A DNA stretch of 64,000 nt, from NCBI RefSeq assembly GCF_006345805.1, contig NC_043006.1, forward strand, positions 7,750,001 to 7,814,000, given 5' to 3'. Under the pieces are notes generated by a model. The model did no database searches, was not told the origin of the DNA, and was given only the letters and a program-made list of their open reading frames with translations. A program made the translations under genes and the position numbers. Numbering within the stretch: position 1 is the first letter of the stretch; each line of letters starts with the position of its first letter. Positions 26,443-40,263 of the stretch are shown here, piece by piece. Source of the DNA: Octopus sinensis (lineage: Eukaryota).

Positions 26443-26673
26443 TATTTCTTTACTACCCACAAGGGGCTAAACACAGAGGAGACGAACAAGGACATACAAA
26501 CGAATTAAGTCGATTACATCGACCCCAGTGCGTAACTGGTACTTAATTTATAGACTCCGAAAGGATGAAAGGCAAAGTCGACCTCGGCGGAATTTGAACC
26601 CAGAACGTAACGGCAGACGAAATACGGCTACGCATTTCGCCCGGCGTGCTAACGTTTCTGCCAGCTCGCCGCC
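26443..26673 (-). mobile_element. SINE family C
   Basis: Full-length reverse-complement copy. Confidence 0.9.
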
Positions 26674-27998
26674 TTATATGTTTCTACGTTATAACAAACG
26701 TAAGCTGTTTCCTGTAGATGGACGAATCATTTCAACAGTTTCTTATAAGACCCACTTTCAACAGATTCATTCTCAGACCTTCCGGCACGTATTTCATGAA
26801 GGATTCATTTAAAAAAAAGTAAATTAAGTAAGGTTAATTTATAATTCTCCCATTATTTCTCTTTATTAAGACAAGTGTTAACATAATTTACTCAGTTTGT
26901 GGTAGATACGCACTTATTAGTTCGCGATACACTTATAGTTTCCCAAGAATGAAGAATACCACATTTGGAACATTCACTGAGTTTATTGTTACATTGTAGA
27001 TTTGCTCTACCGAATATATTGCATATCACAAGTTAACTTTTTCGTGCGTATGTGTTGTTGCGTATGTACTTATTGCTTATTAATCAGAAACAATTAATCA
27101 GATGCATGTATTTACATAAATAGTTTCAACGTGCAATATATAATTTAATCTCAGAAAAGCATTCAATTAGTGACTGTAATATATATAAAGCTTATCGAAT
27201 CAGTTTTAGAATCATGAATATTTATAATGCAAATATTTCCCAAGTTCTAGACGTTTTGCTGTTAACAAAAATTACGCTATAAAGTTGAAAACAAAAACAT
27301 AAAACATATTAAACTCGAACTTTCTTCAAGAATCTTTATTACACATTTTCTATAAGGAATTTAGAGATTTAACATATTATAAGAATAATTAAGGTTTAGA
27401 ATTCAGATATTTTCTGATTATTTTGTGTAGGAGGTGATAAGAGTGTTTTATATTAACTCGCAACTTTCAGCGGGTTATTAATATTAATTTCTTTACATTG
27501 TCACGATACAATGAAGCAATAGAGTTGATTGAATCTGCCGCAGTATATTTAATCTCTGTGGAGAGAGAAGAAAATACAAAATTGACTGGCAGGGTTGAGG
27601 TATTCAGCTTTGATTCTACTTAACGACTAACTTACAATCTTGTTACAAACACTTTAGAAATGATAAACATATTTAAGGCTTCAGTTTGTCTAATTTTTGC
27701 TTTGATGTTCATTACTTTTATTTTATATTAAATTTTGCTCCACATATTCTTTCTTTCATTTCTGTATGGTGTTCACGTCACTGAATTACATTTGTCAGAT
27801 TCCCTTTTTTCCCTCTCCACCAAACAAGGATTACCCAATATATGGTTTAATATACAATCGAATCGCCCGTAATATGGTTAACTGTAAAATGATATCAGTA
27901 AAAATGATTGAAGAGCATTTCTAATTTCAAGTTAGATTCTAGCTAAGCGATAGGACATACATCTTACCAAAACATGAATCTAGGCTAGTGTAACATTA

Positions 27999-28200
27999 TC
28001 TCTTATATAAAATCCGTTCTGTCTGTCTGTATGTGTGTCTTCTTGTATCTCGGGCATCCTCCATCCGATTGCGCTCAAATTTGATGTATAGATACCGAAG
28101 GTATCAGGGCGTCTATAAGTCTTGAAAATTACAAAAATCGATTCCAGGTGAGAATGCGACCGATAAAGCCGTTTTTGTCCTGCTTTTCTTCCGTCAACCC
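27999..28200 (+). mobile_element. non-autonomous Helitron-like element, 5' part
   Basis: A|TCTCTTATATAAAA..CTGTCTGTCTGT start, then CATCCGATTGCGCTCAAATTTG. Same 5' style as the 41062-41873 elements. 3' end not located. Confidence 0.5.
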
Positions 28201-30491
28201 GTACATAACTGCACCTTCCATTTTTTGTGGATTTTGTACTGCTTAAAAGGCACGTTTCTTTCCTGCCAAGCTTTCTGTTTAAACCATGTTTGTGTTCTCC
28301 CAGTCAACAGCCTTATCATTACTGGTATTTTAAACTCTTCGGTTGCATATTTGTGTGAATAAAATCGTTAATCTTTGGAATAGAAGAAAAGTCTATCTTT
28401 ATTTCTTCTTTTGCTGGTGTCTCAAATTTAGGTTAAATCAGTGTTTCTCAAAGGGGAGGCCTATGGGACGGTCGGACAAGTTGTTCTGAGAAAATTTGGT
28501 TTAAATGTTTGACGACTCAGCACCGTCCATTGGACGGGGGTCGTTTTGCTCGTTACTCTATAAAATAAAAAGGATGTCACTTGTTGATCATTACTCATAC
28601 TTCTACAATTCTACCATAAATTCAACTTCCTTTAGGCTTAAATATTTACAAAGAAAGAGAGTAATGAAATAATTTCCACAATTCCTATTTCATGTTATGT
28701 ATTTACTTTATCCAGAACTACAGCTGATCAAGTTGGTAAGGTAGCAGATTACCGTGTAATACGTCTGTCACTATATTTGATTCTTAGTACACAGCCAAAG
28801 CATTTCATTATCAGTGCTTGACTTAAACACTCCACTATCAACGCGTCGTAGAAACCTCCAAAAGCTACGTTTTAATTGGCTCTAAATACGTTGTATGATA
28901 GATGAATATTTTAGAACGTGATTATAATTCGTAAAGCTCTTTAGAATTGGGTGCCGAGTTAAAATCTTTCAATGAAAACACTTGAAAGCTGCGTTTCCAC
29001 ACAGACAACATAAAAACGAATTATTCAATGGATTATGAGCCACAGAGTCATATTTTGCATAATCCTTTGATTTATTGTTTTCAATTTATGGTTAACTCTT
29101 GAATAAAGGAATACAATGATACAAACTACTAACAGAACCGATTGGTTGAAGTGATAGAAAATTATGAATAGGAGCTAACGGTTATAAATTAAAGGATATT
29201 CATTATGTTGCAACCGCCTACCTTTTATTTCAGAAGACTAATTAATAATTACTGCAATAAAACAAGGAATAAAATAAAATGAAATAAAAACAAATTAATC
29301 AGTGAACCAATATATTTTCCATTCCAACTGTTAGTATCTTCAAAGTCATAATTATAATTAACAAAAATATATGAAAAATAATTTCGCAGCCCACACTTTG
29401 ATGGGTGGTAACATTGTTATAACAACAGTCTTCATATTACTATTTAATTTCAAACAGAAATACATCGTTGACTGCTCACAATAAGACTGATATATTTCGA
29501 TGTAACAGAACAACTTCAATTCGATTTCCATTTGTTTATTTAGTTATTTATTTATTTTTATATTCCAAAACCATTAACTAAATTGCTTATTTTTGTAGAA
29601 TCACTTTAACACAACAATTTTTACGAGCATCAAGTACCACTCTTTAAAATCTATTTCTTTCAGATATATATGGACTTTCATTGCATAGTGTATCTGTAGT
29701 GCACAGTTGTATATATATTATGTACCGGAAACACTTAGTGATATCACAAAGTCATGCAACATGGATATATAGTGAAGTGCATTAGGTGTTAATACTTATT
29801 GTGAAGCAAGTTATCTATAAGATTTTCATCAAAACGCGATTGTATACATACGCTTAATGTGTGTCTGAAAATGTTCACATCCATACAAACTCCGCCTTAC
29901 GTTTGCTTCATGTGTCTTCAAATAACACACTATGGCGACGTTTGTGAAAAGATTCCATAGTCCAAAGCAGAGTAGTTTTCGTTAATCGACACTAATGCGT
30001 TTTCGAATGCTTCATGTCGACCACCTTATCTCAATCTCATCACATAAATAAACAGCTAGGGAATAATATATGCTTCATAAAGGTCTTTCATGCAACATAC
30101 GATGCAGTTAAATCAAAACTATTTATGAACATATGGAATTATATTCGACAATGTTAATAAAGAAATAGAGAAATAATGCATTGGTTCCGGCTTTCATGTG
30201 CTCGTATAAAACTACAAAGTACAGACAAGTACATATATAGAATGTGTGTGTAGGTGTGTGTGTATGTGTATGTACGTAGGTATGTATGTATGTGTGTATG
30301 TGACAGGGTGTGTATTTAGCTATACACACCCAGCCATACATACACACACAAGCATATATATGCGTATATACGTACACATATATTCATATATATATATATA
30401 CATATATATATGCATATATATAGGTGTATATGTATATATATGAATATATACGTATGTATATACTTATATAAGTGTATATATATATATGGGG

Positions 30492-30551
<60 letters not shown>

Positions 30552-30555
<4 letters not shown>

Positions 30556-30665
30556 CCTGCTCGCTTAGCCAGCAGAGTGGCGTCACTATGCTAAAACAAT
30601 GCAAAGCGCATTGTGACCATTGATGTGTAGCAACATCTGATAGCTGGTCCGTCACGGTGATCATG
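30552..30665 (+). mobile_element. SINE family A tail-type-2 fragment
   Basis: TTGGCCTGCTCGCTTAGCCAG...CATCTGATAGC..GTCACGGTGA matches 4921-5040 (minus). Confidence 0.8.
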
Positions 30666-31141
30666 GTGATATTTATATATACATATATATATATATGTGC
30701 GTGTGTTTCTGTGCGTGTGATTGTGGCTTTTCACCTGCGTCAGTTCTCTTTTCCGTAATGTAGAGCTCGAGTAAACACTTACTACACTGTGGTAAGTATT
30801 GACGTTGATAGGGTCGATTACTACCTTACATGATTAAAGGGGTTTAGAAATCCAAGGTATTTTCTCAGTTATAACCCTTACTAAATCTGACAAACACAGA
30901 ATATAGAAGCATAAAAGTGGGCATTTTCCTAACATTTTGTTCGTTACAAAATAAAATTTCAAGGACAATTTTAAAATCCTGGGGTTTTGCATAAAAGCCC
31001 TTCTTCAACAATATGTATGTATCTATACACATATATATACGTGTGTGTATGTGTGTGTGTGTGTGAGTATGTGTGTGTGTATGCGTGTGTGTATGTGTGT
31101 GTGTGTGTGTAGAAGCTTGAAAAGGAACACACGAGTTGCTA

Positions 31142-31390
31142 TATATGGAAAGAATGTCAAGATAGACAATGCTAAAATAATTGAAGAGAGACAGGAAGAA
31201 ACAAGGAAAATGCCAATTGTATCTGAATACTATGCAAATATACTGCTAAAAAAATTTTCTTTTAATTTTCCCAAAATTTAATTGTTTTCCATACTTACAG
31301 TTGAAAAAGTCTCAATGACTGAAACCGGTACTGAAATGTTTTTTTTATAAAATTATTTCAGCATTTTCTGTCTTGACTATTTTTACATAT
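31142..31390 (+). mobile_element. solo Penelope-like terminal repeat (pLTR)
   Basis: 31186-31385 is homologous to 60430-60640. 31142-31182 is an inverted copy of its last ~40 bp. Confidence 0.7.
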
Positions 31391-31405
31391 ATATATATAT
31401 ATACG

Positions 31406-31440
<35 letters not shown>

Positions 31441-31640
31441 TATAATATATATAATATATATATATATATATATAATATATATATATATACATATATATAT
31501 ACATACATATATATATACATACATATATATATATATTATATATACATATATATACATACATATATATATACACATACATATATATATTTATGCATACATA
31601 CATACATACATATATGTACATACCTACATATATATATGTA
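31385..31640. repeat. (AT)n/(ATAC)n microsatellite
   Basis: Read directly. Confidence 0.95.
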
Positions 31641-32067
31641 TATATACATGCATATATGTTACAGGACGTCAAAAAAGCGTGACCAAAAGAGAACATAAAA
31701 AATGTAAAATCATGGAAAACGAACTTTTTTCTCAAACAACGAAAGAAACAGATACAGAAACGAGACAAGCAGCATAAAGAATGATCCCATCATCAGTTGA
31801 CCCCCGTTTTATCTACTCCGCGTTTCGAACGTAGGAACAAGATGCGACTTCGTTAAAGCAGTCGTTGCCACAAAGCAAATTTTAAAACATCTCGGATTTG
31901 CAGAGGGTTAAAGTGGTGACAAAAACAAGGCAGTGATGACAAAGCAGTAAAAACAAATGGTAAGGGCTGTTAAGCCATAACGAGATGAAGTGGAGATCGC
32001 TGGAGAAACGAGCTTTGAGAAGAAGGTTTTGTCTTTAGGAAGGAAGTGGAAGAAAGAAATATAGATA

Positions 32068-32132
<65 letters not shown>

Positions 32133-32319
32133 CTGCATGTGTATACGTGTGTGCACAGATAGATTTATGTGCATGGATAAGTATGCATATATGTATATCT
32201 ATGTATATATAATATATATGTATATACTTGTATGCATGTGTGTGTTTATATATACATAAACACACACATATATGCGTGTGAATGTCTGGATACACATATA
32301 TATAGAAAATACTAGACCA

Positions 32320-32690
32320 CATTGCCACTAATGTCACCCATGACTAACCATTAAAGCACTCCATCACATTGAACCCTTTTCATTCAGAAACTATTCTGAC
32401 TATCACATCTATTCTTTACATTTACTTTTCGTATTCTTTAAGAATCACTTCCTAAGTCCACCTCGGAAACCCTGTCTCGTTAATCTATTTCTGAACCACT
32501 AACGGCGGTGTGATACCAACATCATCTTGCCACACATATCAGTACATCTCATAACACCGATCCGTTTTATATAGCCTGAGGAGGTTTCATCTGCAGTATG
32601 GGGTTCATTTGATTCCATTACATCGCAGCCCACCAACTAGAGAGCAGTGCAGATTTAAGCCGAAATCATAGTGGTCCTATCTAAAGCTCC
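32320..32690 (-). mobile_element. degraded RTE-like endonuclease fragment
   Basis: Minus translation ends WLVMGDISGNVV, an APE 'GDFNGHV'-like motif. Many stops. Confidence 0.4.
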
Positions 32691-32712
32691 CAGTACACTC
32701 TTATATATATAA

Positions 32713-33000
32713 GTGGAGGCGCAATGGCCCAGTGGTTAGGGCAGCGGACTCGCGGTTTCGATTCCCAGACCAAGCGTTGTGTGTGTTTATTGAGCGAAAA
32801 CACCTAAAGGCTCCAAGCGGCTCCGACAGGGTGTGGTGATCTCTGCTGTATTCTTTCACTACTCTTTCTCCTAATCTTTCTTCTGTTGGCCTGCTCGCTT
32901 AGCCAGCGGGGTGACGTCGTTCGAAGGCTAAAACAATGCGAACGCATTGTGACTAGCAATGTGTAGCAAATCTGATGGTCTGCTTGGTCACGTGGTCATG
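32713..33000 (+). mobile_element. SINE family A, tail type 2
   Basis: GTGGAGGCGCAATGG head plus type-2 tail. Confidence 0.85.
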
Positions 33001-33019
33001 TGATGTATGTATACATGTA

Positions 33020-33080
<61 letters not shown>

Positions 33081-33502
33081 GCCTTTGTATATCTATAAAC
33101 ATGTATATTGATAGATACATACTTACATACATACATACATACATTCATACATACATCAGTTTGATAGTTCAAACCTGGTGATAAGAACTCAAAATATAAA
33201 CATGGTATATACTAATCTTCCTTTTTTCCTCAGGTAAAGTGACCTAAGTTCTAGGCCTGTCGTGTATGACACTCATCATATATCTTACGGTCTTCTATAT
33301 ATTTGGACACGAACCAGAACCCAGTTCTACCCACAACGTATCGCAATGCACTGAGAACACATCCACAGTCGAATGTCATCAAATTTAGTGAGCTCGGTCG
33401 TAAAAGTTGGTTTTGGCAAAACTTGCTTGTATACCCGCAAGTATCACGCGGAAAACATGACAGTTAGCCCCACCAGTTCTAAGATTTTGTCGATATCGCT
33501 CT

Positions 33503-33740
33503 CTCTTACTCATTTACTCTTTTACTCGTTTCAGTCATTTGACTGCGGCCATGCTGGAGCACCGCCTTTAGTCGAGCAAATCGACCCCGGGACTTATTCG
33601 TTGTAGGCCAAGTACATATTCTATCGGTCTCTTTTGCCGAACCGCTAAGTGACGGGGACGTAAACACACCAGCATCGGTTGTCAAGCAATGCTAGGGGGA
33701 CAAACACGGACACACAAACACACACACACACACACACACG

Positions 33741-33783
<43 letters not shown>

Positions 33784-33925
33784 GACAGGTTTCTTTCAGT
33801 TTCCGTCTACCAAATCCACTCACAAGGCATTGGTGGGCCCGGGGCTATAGCAGAAGACACTTGCCCAAGATGGCACGCATGTGGTTAGTTAGCAAGCTAC
33901 TTACCACACAGCCACTCCTGCGCCT
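33503..33925 (-). mobile_element. SINE family B
   Basis: Reverse complement of the 5761 element with a partial head deletion. Confidence 0.9.
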
Positions 33926-34681
33926 AGAAATAAAGTGCACGTTTGCTGTGTTATATTGTTTAATATCTTAGTAGTAACATTGTTAATAAATTCTAACGGT
34001 ACTTATTAATTTACTTAATTTAACTTGATTATAGTGTTCAGATTAGAAGCATTTCAGAACTAATAAACTATTAGCTTTAATTAATAGCGATCCAGCTAAT
34101 TATGATTTTGGGGAAAATAAGTGAGGGAAAACCGCAGATTAACGAAATTCTCTGCGAGAGGGAAACAGTAGAACGAAAAAGAAAAGTGATGAGTAATATA
34201 AAGAAGTATCCATAATCATAATGCTAGCGATAAAACCAATAAATATTGAAATAGAAGCAGAAGAGCATAAATCGAATAGGGAAAGTGGTCAACACATTAC
34301 TAGGAAGACGGTATTTGCATTAACAAATATATGTGTATACTAGACTAATGAAAATAGTTGCGGCAATAACAATTATCAGCATAAAAGTATAAATTAATAT
34401 GTTTATGTTAGTTAAATATCGAAATTGATAATGTTATTTAGTTGTAATAAAGATACGTGTTAAAAGTTTTGAAATAAGAATGAAAGACAACAGATAATTC
34501 AACTAAAAAAAAAACGAAATAAACATGAATTCTAAAAGTTCTGTTAACCAATTTTATCACTATGTTATTGAGATCAAAGTAAATCAATTAAAGTCATATA
34601 GGTTCATAACTACGCTAATAATTTCTAAATGAGAAAGTGTCAAACAATTTATAAACCTTCTAAAGAACTTTCAAGGTGATA

Positions 34682-34732
<51 letters not shown>

Positions 34733-34920
34733 CATACATCACATATAAATGCATACATGCGTTGGAAATACTTTCCGTGGACATAATTTCCGATTGAGTA
34801 ATGGAGAATTTAGTTAGAAATTGTTAATATATGTGTGCATGTGTGCGTGCGAGTGTTTGCGTGTGTGTATACATATGTGTGCATATATATGAAAATATAT
34901 ATATATATATACATACACAT

Positions 34921-35250
34921 ATACGTGCTTTTCAACCACATGGTTCCGGTTTCAGTCCCACAGCATGTCCTTTGGCAAGTGTCTTCTACTACAGCCTCAG
35001 GCCGACCAAAGACTTGTGACTGGATTTGGTAGGCGGAAACTGAAAGAAGCCCGTCGCATATATATACATGTGGATAGAGGTGTATGCATGTATGTATATA
35101 TGTATGTATGCATGTATGTATGTATGTATGTATTTGTGTGTGTGTCTGTGCTTGACTCCGTAACGTAGCGCTTCGAAAAAAGAGACCCATAGAACAAAGG
35201 CTTGGCTTACAAAGAATAAGTCCTGGGGTAGATTTGTTCGACTAAAAGTG
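34921..35250 (+). mobile_element. SINE family B, partial
   Basis: CAACCACATGGTTCCGG...GGAAACTGAAAGAAGCC...CTTACAAAGAATAAGTCCTGGGG. Confidence 0.8.
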
Positions 35251-35268
35251 GTGCTACATACATACATA

Positions 35269-35347
<79 letters not shown>

Positions 35348-35367
35348 TACATATATATATATATAAT

Positions 35368-35404
<37 letters not shown>

Positions 35405-35490
35405 CATATACATATATATACATATATATATATATATGTATATACATATACATATATAAATACCCACACACACACGCACAAATATATATA

Positions 35491-36340
35491 TTCTTTTATG
35501 CATTTCCGGCCAAAGGCTGCGGCCATGCTAGGGTACCACCAGGATTATCCCGTTTTCAATAGCAATTCTCGTGTGATTGGCTTTTGTTGAAGGAGGGGGG
35601 TGGATATTGCTGCCCTCTTTTAAGTTCCTCGCCGAGACCTAGGCTCATCTGCAACTTTGGACAGCAGGAGGTCAAGTTCTCTCCTCCCACTCCATGCAGT
35701 TCTCTCATGTTTTCATATGGTACTGAATAACCGTGGGCCAATGAATCCTAAGTTATTGCAGTACATATTCCTCATGCCAGATGGGAAGGCTGGCACTTTT
35801 GTAACCGTGTAGTGATATCCATTCTGGGAGCTGGTATGTCTCTCGATGCCAAAGTTTGTTGCCATCCTCTCCTTGCCGTGTGGATCTCAGCATATCATAT
35901 GACATCGCTCAGGTGTGTTTCTATTTGTGTCATACATATTGCTTGATTATATGTAATTATTCTATCAGGTAGGGAATTATGTGTTGGTGGAATGTTACAA
36001 GAACCTGACAATCAGCAAGAATACTGGTGTGACATATAGGGTGTCGGCAATGACCACCCTGGGACGTTTGTTGTTTGCGGCGGTCTACATATTGTTTCTT
36101 CTTAGGAGCATAGCGTGTAACATCCACATATTTCCAATGTGGATACTTCATGTTTTGTGACCTGGGCTAATGTCCTCATTAATCATGGAGCAGTTGTTTG
36201 TCTCCTCGGATAGAGTTCTCCCTGACCTTGGGGTGAGTTTAATTTGTACCGCTCACATGGAAATTAGGATGAGCAAATAAACAGCCAGTCTGAATGGCTT
36301 CATGCCAGCAGGTACCCTTCGTATAGAACTTACAGACTAT
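35491..36340 (-). mobile_element. CR1/L2-group LINE remnant, internally deleted, 3' end intact
   Basis: Minus frames give IETHLSDVI*YAEIH (APE-like), YCNNLGFIGPRLF and LDLLLSKVADEP (C-terminus), then the 3' end GGTGGTACCCTAGCATGGCCGCAGCC..ATAAAAGAA. Confidence 0.6.
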
Positions 36341-36624
36341 TTGTGCTTTTTATCATTCGGCAACAATGCCGAAATGAGAGGGTCAATCCACATCCCACAT
36401 CTTGATAATTTTTCTTCGAACCAAATTTTAAATATTTAATTCACTATAACAAAACGATTTTTATGGTGATGTGAACGAAATATGCAGCATAAATACGTTC
36501 TGAAACAGCTGCAGTGAACCCATTTATGTTCTTATTTGCTGTCAACAACATTTCTGGAACCTCCTCTATATTGGATCTTGGAACTGACATTGGATCGTGA
36601 AACTGCATGCAAGTGTGCATGAGT

Positions 36625-36641
36625 ATATAATTTCATGTACA

Positions 36642-36686
<45 letters not shown>

Positions 36687-36994
36687 TATTATATAATATA
36701 TATATAATATTTATATTATATATATATATATATATATATTATTCTATATATATATTATATATATTATATATATTAATATATATATATATATATAATTTGA
36801 AACTGACTTGTAAATTGGAAGTCCACCTGAAGATTGTCGATCAAGACAGAAACAATTGTAGTGGCGGTTTTTTTGACAATTTATTAAAGTTTTATGTATT
36901 GATTAAGTCTTTCCTTGTTTGTTTTGCAAAATAGTGGTTTTGTCTCTAATAATATTTTATATATATATATTAATATATATATATTATATATATC

Positions 36995-37054
<60 letters not shown>

Positions 37055-37056
37055 TA

Positions 37057-37102
<46 letters not shown>

Positions 37103-37110
37103 ATATATAA
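36625..37110. repeat. two long (AT)n-rich tracts
   Basis: Read directly. Confidence 0.9.
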
Positions 37111-37560
37111 GTATGTGTACATTTGTGAGTGCATGTACATGTATGTGTAAGTGTATGAATATATCTGTTTTGGCACGGTACTACGGGTGGTGTTTTGTAT
37201 ATGGTATATAAACAGATGTACAGATGTCAACCCTCGTCCTGGTTCCTTACAATTAAAATGCCTCAATTCAAATGAATTCAACAAATAATTGTGTGTATGT
37301 GTGTGTGTGTGTGTAGTAATATGTAAAGGTAAGATCCAATGATCAAGGTGTAGGAAGCTAGTAAGCTTCGAACAATCCATAGAAGGTATAATAAACAACT
37401 TCGAAGAACAATAGCGGCTTATTGACGTAGAAGATTGTAAATGTTTCCCATATCGAAGTTCGATAAGCTCGAAAAAGTGATTTTATAGTTCACAGTTAGC
37501 ATCTGGGGATCTATATGAGAAAAAACGATCCAAATATAGGGAAGGAGTTGATAAAATCCA

Positions 37561-37741
37561 GGTTACATATGTTTCATAGCTAACAGAACCTCGGAAGTAG
37601 TAATTACCTAAGCGAGGGTTAAACCGCTAGCTACTTGATCTGACGAAGATATCTTCGGCCTAACGAGTAGCTAGCGGTTTACCCCTCGTTTAGGTAGTTA
37701 CTACTTTTGAGTTTTTTAAAAGCTATGAAACATGCGTAGCC
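37561..37741. repeat. imperfect palindrome (~90-bp arms)
   Basis: ATGTTTCATAGCT/AGCTATGAAACAT and AAACCGCTAGCTACT/AGTAGCTAGCGGTTT; centre CGAAGAT|ATCTTCG. Confidence 0.9.
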
Positions 37742-37790
37742 AATTTAGATATACATATATATTATTTTGTCTGAAGAGAGTCATACTCTT

Positions 37791-37930
37791 TCAGTGATTT
37801 ATTATTTAACACACTCACCGGTTCGATTTCCACCCATTTACTTATTTATTTTTTAAAAAATTTTAGAAAAATAAATAAGTATATGAGTGGAAGTCTAACC
37901 GGTGAGTGTGTTCAGTAATAAGGCACTAAA
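37791..37930. repeat. imperfect palindrome (~65-bp arms)
   Basis: AACACACTCACCGGTT/AACCGGTGAGTGTGTT and ACTTATTTATTTTT/AAAAATAAATAAGT. Confidence 0.9.
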
Positions 37931-38017
37931 ACAGAATGACTATCCCCAGACACAATAAAATATGCTTCAACACACGAATTCACATAAAGAATATTGCAAA
38001 CTCAATACGAAAACGAA

Positions 38018-38048
<31 letters not shown>

Positions 38049-38128
38049 TATACATATATATATCCACATATATATATATACATACACACACACACATATA
38101 TCTATATCTATCTATCTATGTATCTATC

Positions 38129-38171
<43 letters not shown>

Positions 38172-39014
38172 GTGCGTATATATGTATATATTTATTTATG
38201 TTTATATATATATATATGACAAAAAAGTGTTTAGTACATTAGCACTTCTTTAATGGCCAGTTACAATTTCGTCGGTACCACCTTGATTTAACGCCATGTT
38301 CGCAAAAGCTTCCTGTGAAATAAGTTACGTAATATTTGCGATTTTAAACATTACAGTGGCACTTTATCAAACCTGCACTAAAAGGTGCGTTCAGTGGTTA
38401 AACATTTTCAGTACTCAAGGATTTTATTCGAAAACAACCCAGTTCCTTCCCAGTGAAACACTTCTTTCTAGTCATGTTCTGAGTAGTAAGTGTGTTTCAT
38501 TTGCAGTGACCGCCTTCAATTTTCTTTTTAAAAAATGGTCTTCGCTTGCTCTTCCTTCAGCCTTTGAACTTTATCATGTTTTGATTCTTTTGAAATGAAC
38601 AAATCATTCAGGATTTGAGATAAAAATATCTTGAGTATGTCTTTCACTTCATTTTCTATCTATTCTCTTCAGAAACCAATCCCATCTCTTGTGTTGCCAA
38701 CACGTGATCTCAAATTTCTTTTCACCATAATAGTAGTTTGTTACAAGTACGAATACCGGGCGGACGATGTTTATGAGAAAACAGTGAAAGGTGTCCTCAT
38801 TGCAAAAATCTACAAATTTGCTTCACATGTTTCTAGTGAAACCGGAATCCGCTCAAAACTTTTAAGAGTCTGCGTTGACAAGAAAACATGTCAATGGTTG
38901 TTTGTGAAAATCGATAAATACAGCTGTTATGCGGAGTAAATTGTACTTCCACTGTGGGTAAAGTAAAACGCCTAGAAACACTAATTACAGTGACAAATGA
39001 GTAATGTCTAGTGA

Positions 39015-39458
39015 ATAACCCGCATGGTTCATGGTCTCAAAAATTTGTCCTACGAAGAAAGGCTGGGGACGCTCGACCTTTATTCTCTTGAAAAACCCCG
39101 CCGCCGTGGTGATCTCATTCTCCCCCACAATATCATAAGCGGAAAGTGTAACCTCTCGAAAGAGCTGTTCTTCACTCCTGCTCCAGAGCGTCGGCTGCGG
39201 GGTCATTCCGAAAAGCTCTACCTGCGACGATTTCATCTCAATCGAAGGAGAGGAGCTTTCTCCGTCCGGGTTGCGGATCCGTGGAACAAGCTGCCAGACG
39301 AGATGGTGAAGATGCCGACGACCGCTTTGTTCAAAGCCTCCCTGGACCTCAAGTGGCCTGAACACTTTACATGAACACCACCCTGTACTTAACTCCATGT
39401 CCCGCTACATGGCCTTGCTATTTGCTTTTGAGCCAAATTAACTAACTAACTAACTAAC
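39015..39458 (+). mobile_element. CR1-clade LINE 3' fragment
   Basis: GLKNLSYEERLGTLDLYSLEKPRRRGDLI...LRGHSEKL...FSVRVADPWNKLP, followed by a (TAAC)n tail. Confidence 0.9.
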
Positions 39459-39531
39459 AATTGTGGCGTCTGACAGTAGATAGTGAGAAAACATGGTCAT
39501 GCTGTAGGGTACGATGATAGAAAAGAAACAT

Positions 39532-39757
39532 GGCGAGCTGGCAGAAACGTTAGCACGCCGGGCGAAATGCGTAGCCGTATTTCGTCTGCCGTTACGTTCT
39601 GAGTATAATTCCGCCGAGGTCGACTTTGCCTTTCATCCTTTCGGGGTCGATAAATTAAGTACCAGTTACGCGCTGGGGTCTATATAATCGACTTAATCCG
39701 TTTGTCTGTCCTTGTTTGTCCTCTCTGTGTTTAGCCCCTTGTGGGTAGTAAAGAAAT
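39532..39757 (+). mobile_element. SINE family C
   Basis: Full-length copy. Confidence 0.9.
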
Positions 39758-40263
39758 GGATATAAAAAAAACGTATAGAAGAAAAGAAAGAGAATTGGCA
39801 CAGGAAAAACAGAGTCTAATAGAGTGGTAGAGTATGGTAGAAAGGTCAAAATCTGTGAAAGTATTGAACAAATAAGCAAGAACTTGCTGCAGATAGCGTA
39901 ACACTTGGTTCGCAATGAATGCACAAATATGCTATTAAACTATAAACGCAGCGACGATTAAAGCATGCAGGCAGTATGGTGCCGCTGCTGGGTTAACGAT
40001 ATGAGGCAATGAATTGTACAGAAACATTAAAAGTGTCAGATAACGAACACTGAGTATGGGAATATGGCAGTATGTAGTAGTGAACAAAGAAGCTAAGATA
40101 ATCCTGCAGGACATGTGGAGCATTCCGTGAGTTGAATGGAATTAAGGCGAGCGTATATGTGAAATTATTTCTGGGTATACTGGAATGTGATAGCAAAGCA
40201 TAAACCGCATAAATCGAAGTCCGTGTTAACGAAAATCGCGATAAATGGGATCTCCCTTTTATA

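Noticed and set aside
28438-28460. CAGTGTTTCTCAAA, hAT-type TIR-like
   Set aside because: No matching opposite TIR or 8-bp TSD was found.
37638-37795. CTGACGA and CTGAAGA motifs in the hairpin cluster as hammerhead cores
   Set aside because: Neither is followed by GAAA after the stem.
38250-38960. Complex sequence with two ~100-aa ORFs, possibly a decayed DNA transposon
   Set aside because: No motif I could assign; left unannotated pending BLASTX.
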